Shown here: piece after piece, positions 17,822 through 26,675 of the stretch
Layout of the letters: each line of letters opens with the position of its first letter
Numbering within the stretch: the first letter of the stretch is position 1
NCBI GenBank assembly: GCA_937899135.1
Contig: CALBPS010000429.1
Location: forward strand, 1 to 26,675
DNA: 26,675 nt
Reading direction: 5' to 3'
From: an uncultured Gemmatimonadota bacterium
GTDB taxonomy: Bacteria > Gemmatimonadota > Gemmatimonadetes > Gemmatimonadales > GWC2-71-9
Notes under the pieces: model-generated
The model's input: the letters and a program-made list of their open reading frames with translations, nothing else
Databases searched by the model: none
Told to the model about the DNA's origin: nothing
Translations under genes and position numbers: made by a program

Positions 17822-17888
17822 ATGTCGCAGTCCGTTGATCTTTTCCAATTCCATGCGTGACCGGATCGCCGGTCGCCGGAGGATTACC

Positions 17889-19832
17889 ATGATTCGAACA
17901 ACCAAGTTTGCGATGGGCCTAGCGGCCGGGGTCGTCACGCTGTTGGTGGCTGGGTGCGGCGGCGGTACTCCCATTGGCGGGAACGGTGACGCGGCGTCGG
18001 CCGTCTATGTCGCTCCGGGGGAGTACGACGAGTTCTACTTCTTCACCTCAGGCGGTTTCAGCGGCCAGCTCGGCGTCTATGGCTTGCCGTCCGGCCGGCT
18101 GCTGAAGCAGGTCCCGATTTTCTCGCAGTGGGCCGAGAACGGTTGGGGCTACTCCGAAGAGACCAAGGCCATGCTCGAGACGAGCTACGGCTTCGTGCCG
18201 TGGGGCGACTCGCATCATCCGGAACTCTCGCAAACGGACGGCGTCATCGACGGCCGGTGGCTGTTTATCAATGAAAACAACACCCCCCGGATTGCCCGTA
18301 TCGACCTGACGACATTCGAGACGGTCGAAATCATCGAGATCCCCAATTCGGCCGGCAACCACGCGTCGCCGTTCGTGACACAGAACACCGAGTACACTGT
18401 GGCGGCCACGCGGTTCAGCGTTCCCACCCCCCAAGCGGACGTACCGATCGATTCTTACAAGGAGAACTTCTCCGGGATGCTGTCGTTCGTTAAAGTGGCG
18501 GACAACGGCCGGATGAACATCGCTTTCCAGATCTTGGTCCCGGGATACAACTACGATCTGTCGCACTCGGGCAAGGGTCCGTCCCATGGCTGGTCGTTCT
18601 TCACTTCGTACAACAGCGAGCAGGCCAACACGCTACTCGAGGTGAACGCATCGCAGAACGACAAGGACTACATCGCGGCGGTCAACTGGATGCGGGCCGA
18701 GGAATGTGTCGCCAATGGGCAGGGAGAGCGATGGGCCTCGAACTATGTTCACAACTATTTCGACGATCGGCATATTGCCGTGTCGGACATGGAGAACGGT
18801 ACCACGGTCATCACACCGGCCACCTGCAGTGACATGGTGTATTACCTGCCGACGCCGAAGTCACCCCACGGGGTAGACGTCGATCCTAGCGGCCTGTTGA
18901 TTGCGGCCGGCGGTAAACTGGCCGCGGTCATCCCCGTGCATTCGTTCACCAAGATGATACAGGCCATCGAGAACGAGGATTTCATCGGCGAGGTGGAAGG
19001 GATTCCCATCCTGCGATACGAGTCCATCATCGCGGGCGAAGTAAAAAACCCGGGGCTCGGCCCCCTCCACACCGAGTTCGATGGCAAGGGCTACGCCTAT
19101 ACCAGCGCTTTCATCTCCTCGGAAATCGTCAAGTGGAGCCTGGAGACGTTCGAGGTCGTGGACCGCATCGATGCATACTACTCGATCGGCCACCTGTCCA
19201 TTCCCGGCGGCGATACCAGGGAACCATGGGGCAAGTGGGTGATCGCCCTGAACAAGACCACCAAGGACCGCTACCTGCCCACCGGCCCGGAGCTGGCCCA
19301 CTCGGCGCAGCTGATCGATATCAGCGGCGACAAGATGCGTCTGTTGCTGGATTTTCCCACCGTGGGCGAACCACACTACGCGCAGGGCCTGCCGGCATCG
19401 CTGATCAAGGACAAGCAGGTGCGGATCTACCCGCTCGATGAGAATGACCACCCGCTGGCCACCAAGACCGAGGCGGAAGCACGAGTCGAGCGCGAGGGAC
19501 GCAACGTCCACGTGTACATGACCACCATCCGGACCCACTTCGTACCCGACAACATCGAAGGCGTCCAGGTGGGCGATTCGGTCTTCTTCCACGTGACCAA
19601 CCTGGAGCAGGATTGGGACGTGCCACACGGCTTTGCGATTACCGGCGCCAACACGTCGGAATTGCTGCTCATGCCGGGTGAGACCAGGACGATAGTGTGG
19701 CTACCGACGCGGATCGGTGTCTATCCGTTCTACTGCACCGACTTCTGTTCGGCGTTGCACCAGGAGATGCAGGGCTACGTCCGCGTGTCGCCGCGTGGGT
19801 CGAGCGTACCGATCTCGTTCAACACGCCGTAG
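17889..19832 (+). CDS. nosZ: Sec-dependent (clade II) nitrous oxide reductase
   Basis: YFFTSGGFSGQ, CuZ ligands DSHH, GNH, SPHG, GPLH, IGH and EPH, and CuA motif CTDFCSALHQEM. There is no twin-Arg signal; the N-terminus has a lipobox-type signal (LVAGC). GGAGG RBS before ATG 17889. Confidence 0.98.
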   Translation: MIRTTKFAMGLAAGVVTLLVAGCGGGTPIGGNGDAASAVYVAPGEYDEFYFFTSGGFSGQLGVYGLPSGRLLKQVPIFSQWAENGWGYSEETKAMLETSYGFVPWGDSHHPELSQTDGVIDGRWLFINENNTPRIARIDLTTFETVEIIEIPNSAGNHASPFVTQNTEYTVAATRFSVPTPQADVPIDSYKENFSGMLSFVKVADNGRMNIAFQILVPGYNYDLSHSGKGPSHGWSFFTSYNSEQANTLLEVNASQNDKDYIAAVNWMRAEECVANGQGERWASNYVHNYFDDRHIAVSDMENGTTVITPATCSDMVYYLPTPKSPHGVDVDPSGLLIAAGGKLAAVIPVHSFTKMIQAIENEDFIGEVEGIPILRYESIIAGEVKNPGLGPLHTEFDGKGYAYTSAFISSEIVKWSLETFEVVDRIDAYYSIGHLSIPGGDTREPWGKWVIALNKTTKDRYLPTGPELAHSAQLIDISGDKMRLLLDFPTVGEPHYAQGLPASLIKDKQVRIYPLDENDHPLATKTEAEARVEREGRNVHVYMTTIRTHFVPDNIEGVQVGDSVFFHVTNLEQDWDVPHGFAITGANTSELLLMPGETRTIVWLPTRIGVYPFYCTDFCSALHQEMQGYVRVSPRGSSVPISFNTP

Positions 19833-19846
19833 CTGCAGGAACGAAA

Positions 19847-19885
19847 GCAAGGATCGGGGGGCGCTCATCGCCCCCCGTTCTTTGC
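19847..19885 (+). terminator. Strong stem-loop between nosZ and nosB (partial terminator or mRNA-stabilising hairpin)
   Basis: The perfect 9-bp core CGGGGGGCG-CTCAT-CGCCCCCCG extends through GCAAGGA/TCTTTGC pairing. The U-tract is only weak (TTCTTT). Confidence 0.6.
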
Positions 19886-19907
19886 CTCTACACATAAAGG
19901 ACTCTTC

Positions 19908-20504
19908 ATGTTACGCTCATCGCGTGTCCTGATCGCTACAGCCTCCATACTGCTGGGCCTGGTGTTCATGTTCCCGCTGTGGCGCATCGAGCTTCAGGCA
20001 CCTCAGTATCCAGAAGGACTGGGGCTGTTGATCAAGGTCAGTGACATTACCGGAGTGAAGCCCCACGACCTGCAGAACATCAACGGGCTGAACCACTACA
20101 TAGGAATGAAGACCATCGAACCTGATTCGATCCCGGAACTGCGATTCATGCCGGTGTTCGTCGCCGTGATGATCGCCGCCGGACTGCTGGTAGCCGCGAC
20201 CGGCAACCGCGTGCTGCTGTACCTCTGGGTCGGCGTGTTCCTCATCGGGTCCGTCGCCGGCCTGGTCGACTTCTGGTTGTGGTCCTACGATTACGGCCAC
20301 AATCTCGATCCCACAGCGGCCATCAAGGTGCCCGGCATGACCTACCAGCCGCCCCTCATCGGGAGCAAGCAATTGCTGAACTTCGTGGCCACGTCCTGGC
20401 CCGCGTTGGGTGGGCTGGCGGCCATGGTGTCGGTCGGTATTGGCAGCCTGGTGGCCATCGGCGAATGGCGGCGGGCCCGCAAGGGCGCGGAGGCCACTGG
20501 GTGA
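19908..20504 (+). CDS. nosB: NosB-like membrane protein of clade II nos clusters
   Basis: PLWRIELQAPQYPEGL, INGLNHYIGM and DFWLWSYDYGHNLDPTAAIKVPGMTYQPPLIG motifs, about four hydrophobic segments, positioned directly after nosZ. Confidence 0.75.
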   Translation: MLRSSRVLIATASILLGLVFMFPLWRIELQAPQYPEGLGLLIKVSDITGVKPHDLQNINGLNHYIGMKTIEPDSIPELRFMPVFVAVMIAAGLLVAATGNRVLLYLWVGVFLIGSVAGLVDFWLWSYDYGHNLDPTAAIKVPGMTYQPPLIGSKQLLNFVATSWPALGGLAAMVSVGIGSLVAIGEWRRARKGAEATG

Positions 20505-20974
20505 CCGTTTGCTACCGGGCGTGGGGTATGCTCCTGAGCCTAGGTCTGGTCCTCGCGTGTAGTCCGCGCGGTCCCAAGGACATCCGCTACGGTGAAGAGC
20601 TGTGCGACTACTGCCATATGACCATCACCGACCCTGCTTTCGCCGCCCAGCTGGTCACCAGCACCGGCAAGGTGCACGTGTTCGACGATATCGGAGACCT
20701 GGCCTCCTTTACCACGGAGGGGCGGGTCCCGGTGGACGAGATCCATGGCATTTGGGTGAATCTGTTCCTCCACCCCGCGGATCGCATCCCGGTCGATGAC
20801 GCGGTGTTCCTTCAGAGTGATCGATTGCGCAGCCCCATGAGCAACGGTCTGGCGGCGTTCCGCTCGGGCGAGACCGCGGATAGCCTGCGGGGCGAGATCG
20901 GCGGCCAGATAATGATGTGGCGTGACGTGCTGCTGCGGGACCGCGCATCCCGCCGGGGCGCAGACACCGAATGA
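20501..20974 (+). CDS. nosL: Copper-binding lipoprotein NosL
   Basis: Lipobox LVLAC, CDYCHMTI, FDDIGD and SPMSNGLAAF. GTG overlaps the nosB stop. Confidence 0.92.
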   Translation: MTVCYRAWGMLLSLGLVLACSPRGPKDIRYGEELCDYCHMTITDPAFAAQLVTSTGKVHVFDDIGDLASFTTEGRVPVDEIHGIWVNLFLHPADRIPVDDAVFLQSDRLRSPMSNGLAAFRSGETADSLRGEIGGQIMMWRDVLLRDRASRRGADTE

Positions 20975-22215
20975 GCCTAGCCGTCACCTCGTCCGTGTGT
21001 CTGGGACTTCTCATACCGTTCACGGTGGGGATGGCCCAGGACATAGTCGTCCAGGAGGGAACGTCAGTGCCGACACTCGGTGCGGCGATCCTCAGTGCCC
21101 GTCCAGGCGACCACATCGTAGTGCGGAGGGGCGTCTACCGCGAACCTACTATCGTCATCGACGTACCGGGGATCACTATCGAGGGCGACTCGGGGGCGGT
21201 GTTCGACGGCGAGGATGCCGAGGACGTCCTCCTGGTCACGGCCGACAGCGTGACGATCCGGGGCCTGACGATTCGCCATGTGGCCACCAGTTACATCGAC
21301 GATCGTGCCGCCATCAAGTTCCAGGAAGTCACCGGGTGTGTGGCCGAGCACAATCGCATCGAGGACGCTTTCTTCGGCATCTATCTGGCCAAGTCCACGG
21401 ATTGCACCATCCGCCACAACGTGGCTATCGGACGGAAGACGACCGAGACCAAGTCCGGCAACGCCATTCACCTGTGGAATTCGCGAGACGTGCTGGTGGA
21501 GGACAACACGGTGAGCGGCCACCGCGACGGCATCTACTTTGAATTCGTGACCGGCGCCATGGTGCGCAGGAACGTGAGCACGGATAACCTGCGGTACGGG
21601 CTACACTTCATGTTCTCCCATAATTGTGAATACTGGGACAATGTGTTTGCCAGAAACGGCGCCGGAGTGGCCGTGATGTACACCAAGGGAGTTACCATGG
21701 TCGGCAACCGGTTCGAGGAGAACTGGGGGTCGGCGGCGTTTGGTCTTCTCCTCAAGGACATCACCGACAGCCGGGTGGAGGACAACGTATTCCGCGGCAA
21801 CAGTACCGCCATCCACGCGGAGGGCTCCGACCGGATCATCGTCAAGGGGAACGAGTTCATCGCCAATGGGTGGGCCGTCAAGATCATGGCCAACTCTATC
21901 GACAACGAATTCACCCGGAATCGGTTCGTGGGAAACGCCTTCGACGTGTCGACCAACAGCCGGTCGAGTTCCAGCCGGTTCTCGGAGAACTACTGGGGCG
22001 CCTACCAAGGCTACGACCTCGACCGTGACGGTTACGGTGATGTGCCGTTTCGGCCGGTGCGACTGTTCGCCCTCCTGGTAGAGCAGTACCCGCCGGCCAT
22101 CATTCTCATGCGAAGCGCCTTCGTCGACATGATCGACTTGGCCGAACGGGTCGTGCCGATCCTGACGCCGGAAACGCTCGTCGACGAGCACCCGCTCATG
22201 GAGTGGCGGCAGTGA
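20971..22215 (+). CDS. nosD: N2O reductase maturation protein NosD (parallel beta-helix)
   Basis: SGNAIHLWNS, GHRDGIYFEF, NLRYGLHFMFS, FGLLLKDI and NYWGAYQGYDLDRDGYGDVPFRP. Confidence 0.96.
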   Translation: MSLAVTSSVCLGLLIPFTVGMAQDIVVQEGTSVPTLGAAILSARPGDHIVVRRGVYREPTIVIDVPGITIEGDSGAVFDGEDAEDVLLVTADSVTIRGLTIRHVATSYIDDRAAIKFQEVTGCVAEHNRIEDAFFGIYLAKSTDCTIRHNVAIGRKTTETKSGNAIHLWNSRDVLVEDNTVSGHRDGIYFEFVTGAMVRRNVSTDNLRYGLHFMFSHNCEYWDNVFARNGAGVAVMYTKGVTMVGNRFEENWGSAAFGLLLKDITDSRVEDNVFRGNSTAIHAEGSDRIIVKGNEFIANGWAVKIMANSIDNEFTRNRFVGNAFDVSTNSRSSSSRFSENYWGAYQGYDLDRDGYGDVPFRPVRLFALLVEQYPPAIILMRSAFVDMIDLAERVVPILTPETLVDEHPLMEWRQ

Positions 22216-23000
22216 CGTCCCCCGAACGGCTTCCCCTGGAGCCACCGGACGCCCCGGCAATTCCGCGATTGGTTACGTCGACCGCCGCCATCGTCGAGGT
22301 GACCGACCTCGGCAAATCGTTCGGCGGCCTAACGGTCCTCGATGGGGTGAGCACCAGCTTCGCTGTGGCACGGATCACCGCGGTGGTGGGACCCAACGCC
22401 GCCGGGAAGTCGACGCTCATCAAGGCCATCCTGGGATTGGTCCGGCCGGACCGCGGTCGCATCGTCGTCAACGGCCACGTCGTGACCCGGGACTGGGATT
22501 ATCGCCGGGGGATCGGCTACATGCCCCAAGCCGGCCACTTCCCCGAGAACCTCACCGGCCGGGAAGTGCTGTCCATGCTGAAGCACTTACGCGGGCCGAG
22601 TGCCGAACTAGACGAAGAACTCCTCGACGCTTTCGCGTTGAGGCCGGAATTGGACAAGCAGGTCCGCACCTTGTCCGGAGGCACCCGGCAAAAGCTCAAC
22701 GCCGTGATTGCCTTTCTGTTTCGGCCCCCATTATTGATTCTCGACGAGCCCACCGCCGGCCTAGACCCGGTAGCCAGCGGAATCATCAAGGACAAGATTC
22801 TCCGGTGCCGGGAGTCGGGCACCTCCGTCGTCCTAACCAGTCACATCATGAGCGAAATCGAGGAACTGGCCGATTCCGTGGTATTCCTGTTGGAGGGGCG
22901 CATCCGGTTCGACGGCCCTCGCCTGGATCTGCAGCGTCTGACGGGGCACCAGAGCCTGGAACGGGCCATCGCCGTGTTGATGCAGGGAGGGGCGTCGTGA
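22212..23000 (+). CDS. nosF: ABC transporter ATPase NosF
   Basis: Walker A GPNAAGKST, Q-loop MPQ, signature LSGGTRQK, Walker B LILDEP and the H-loop TSH. Lies between nosD and nosY; GTG 22212 overlaps the nosD stop. Confidence 0.93.
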   Translation: MTSPERLPLEPPDAPAIPRLVTSTAAIVEVTDLGKSFGGLTVLDGVSTSFAVARITAVVGPNAAGKSTLIKAILGLVRPDRGRIVVNGHVVTRDWDYRRGIGYMPQAGHFPENLTGREVLSMLKHLRGPSAELDEELLDAFALRPELDKQVRTLSGGTRQKLNAVIAFLFRPPLLILDEPTAGLDPVASGIIKDKILRCRESGTSVVLTSHIMSEIEELADSVVFLLEGRIRFDGPRLDLQRLTGHQSLERAIAVLMQGGAS

Positions 23001-23782
23001 AGAGCACGGGGAAGATCCTGCGCTACCAGCTGCGTGATGTCATTCGCGGGCGCTGGATCCTGGTGTACACGCTGGTCTTTCTCCTCATGACCGACGTGTT
23101 GTTCCGATTCGGCGGCAGCGGCGACCGTGTCGTCCTGAGCCTGATGAACGTGGTGCTGCTGCTGGTGCCGCTGGTGAGCATCATCTTCGGCACGATGTAC
23201 CTCTACCACGCCAGAGAATTCATCGTGATGCTTCTGGCGCAACCGGTCGACCGGACCTCGCTGTTCCTCGGGCTGTATGGCGGCATGGCGATCCCCTTGG
23301 CCGGAGGCTACGCCGTGGGTGTGGGGCTTCCGTTCCTGTGGCACGCCGGAGGCGGAGCCGGTTCGGCCCTGGGCGTGTTGCTCCTAACCGGGGTACTGCT
23401 GACCTGCGCCTTTACCGCCTTGGCGTTCCTGGTGGCCGTCCTCTTCGAAGACCGGGCCAAGGGGTTCGGTGCCGCCGTACTCGTGTGGCTCCTGGCCGCG
23501 GTGGTGTATGACGGAATCGTGCTCATGGTGGTAACGACGCTGTGGCGCTATCCGCTCGAGCGGCCCCTCCTGGCTCTCACCATGCTCAACCCCATCGATC
23601 TCGGCCGAGTCCTCCTCCTGCTGCAGTTCGACATAGCCGCGCTGATGGGATACACCGGCGCCATCTTCAACCGCTTCTTCGGCAGCGCCGTCGGCAAGGG
23701 ACTAGCTCTGACCGTACTGGTGGCGTGGAGTGTCTTACCACTCCTCGTCGGGCTCCGCCGGTTCCGCATGAAGGACTTCTAG
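22997..23782 (+). CDS. nosY: ABC transporter permease NosY
   Basis: Multi-TM protein with LLVPLVSIIFG, REFIVMLLAQP, LNPIDLGRVLLLL and ALMGYTGA. GTG 22997 overlaps the nosF stop. Confidence 0.93.
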   Translation: MKSTGKILRYQLRDVIRGRWILVYTLVFLLMTDVLFRFGGSGDRVVLSLMNVVLLLVPLVSIIFGTMYLYHAREFIVMLLAQPVDRTSLFLGLYGGMAIPLAGGYAVGVGLPFLWHAGGGAGSALGVLLLTGVLLTCAFTALAFLVAVLFEDRAKGFGAAVLVWLLAAVVYDGIVLMVVTTLWRYPLERPLLALTMLNPIDLGRVLLLLQFDIAALMGYTGAIFNRFFGSAVGKGLALTVLVAWSVLPLLVGLRRFRMKDF

Positions 23783-24189
23783 TCGCGGCCGAACCGCTTG
23801 ATGCGCGGCACCGCGTTGACGGCAAAGAGGATGACCGCGGCGAGCTCCGCCACCCGGCCACCGGTGGCCAGCCCCGCATGATCCACTACCGAGCCAAGGG
23901 CGGCAGCTGCCACGCCCAGGTTGAGGAATAGCGCCGCCAGCACCACCGGTCCCACCGGCCCCCGCACCGGGGCAGCGGCGTGTTTCGGGAGGATCCAGTA
24001 GGCCACCCCCAGCGCCAGCTGGACCATCCAGCCGAACAGCAACATCTCGGCGTGGAGCGGCCAGGCACGCGTCACCAGGGCGGGGAGCTGGTAGCCTGCC
24101 TTGGCTCCCATGAGGAGCGTCCCCACCGCGGCACCCGCGACCAGGTAAACCAGAGCCGCGCGAACCAGGACCACCGTGACTCGCGGCAT
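23779..24189 (-). CDS. Small 4-TM membrane protein with an H-x-G-W motif (NnrS / haem-copper oxidase subunit I-like repeat unit)
   Basis: MPRVTVVLVRAALVYL...LHAEMLLFGWMVQLALGVAYWILPK...FLNLG. ATG 24189 overlaps the stop of its upstream paralogue. Family assignment is by motif resemblance only. Confidence 0.65.
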   Translation of the reverse strand: MPRVTVVLVRAALVYLVAGAAVGTLLMGAKAGYQLPALVTRAWPLHAEMLLFGWMVQLALGVAYWILPKHAAAPVRGPVGPVVLAALFLNLGVAAAALGSVVDHAGLATGGRVAELAAVILFAVNAVPRIKRFGRD

Positions 24190-24584
24190 CACCGGCCGCT
24201 CCCCATTCGAGGCCAGATGTTGGCCGTGAACCCAACGGCGGCACCAAGGTGGCACAGGGCCGATGCCATGAGCAGCGGTCCGGCGGCCCGGCCGAGGTCG
24301 AACGGCTCGGCCAGTATCCGGAGGACCAAGCCGACGTTCAGCAGGACCAGCGTGGCCCAGATGAACCCCTCCCGCCCTCGCTTGCGGTCGCGGCTCGCGC
24401 GGGGAAACAACCAGAAGGCCACGCCAAAAATGAGCTGGGTCAACCAGCCGACGACGATGACGTGAAGGTAAGTGGGCCACAAGAAGCGCCAGGCGGGGTC
24501 AACGGCCATGACAACGCCCGCAACCAAGCCGAGGAGCAGGTAACCGAGGGCGAATCGAACGAAGAGTCTGGTCTGTATGGGCAT
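24189..24584 (-). CDS. Small 4-TM membrane protein, paralogue of 23779..24189
   Basis: MPIQTRLFVRFALGYL...YLHVIVVGWLTQLIFGVAFWLFPR...LLNVG. Four hydrophobic helices. Confidence 0.72.
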   Translation of the reverse strand: MPIQTRLFVRFALGYLLLGLVAGVVMAVDPAWRFLWPTYLHVIVVGWLTQLIFGVAFWLFPRASRDRKRGREGFIWATLVLLNVGLVLRILAEPFDLGRAAGPLLMASALCHLGAAVGFTANIWPRMGSGR

Positions 24585-24620
24585 GGCGATTGGGCGGATG
24601 GACGCGGCGAGTGTCGTTGA

Positions 24621-26579
<1,959 letters not shown>

Positions 26580-26675
26580 AAAAAAAAAAAAAAAAAAGAA
26601 AATAAGAGAAGACATGTAGTACACAGAGGAGACAAGAGTATGGAACCGGGAAGCAAGGACAGAAGTATAGAAACA
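26580..26675. other. Poly-A and low-quality A-rich tail beyond the adapter (artefact)
   Basis: An A homopolymer directly after the adapter, then A/G-rich sequence unlike the GC-rich insert. Confidence 0.9.

Overview
This is a GC-rich bacterial contig from a metagenome or MAG. Untrimmed Illumina TruSeq P7 adapters flank both ends (53-118 and 26514-26579), so genuine genomic sequence spans about 119-26513. The gene repertoire points to Gemmatimonadota, by inference: tandem Ser/Thr kinase-TM-TPR genes, a WTLG-type Ig-repeat protein, a HEAT + HD-GYP pair and a clade II nos cluster. From left to right it contains (1) two tandem kinase-TPR paralogues, the first truncated; (2) an Ig-like surface protein, a TerB-like protein and a SAM methyltransferase; (3) a tightly coupled minus-strand operon of HEAT protein, HD-GYP, CYTH, VOC and a peroxiredoxin-like gene; (4) a Tat-exported class V PLP enzyme; (5) a GDPD / HExxH metallopeptidase / Ddl-like ATP-grasp operon; (6) a clade II N2O reductase cluster (cyt c-nosZ-nosB-nosL-nosD-nosF-nosY); (7) two paralogous His-bearing 4-TM membrane proteins; and (8) a TPP riboswitch with terminator upstream of a truncated thiC. 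The strongest hidden signal is the peroxiredoxin-like gene. The ORF track splits it in two, but it reads W-UGA-P-F-C (UxxC) with a well-placed bacterial SECIS hairpin, which makes it a probable selenoprotein.
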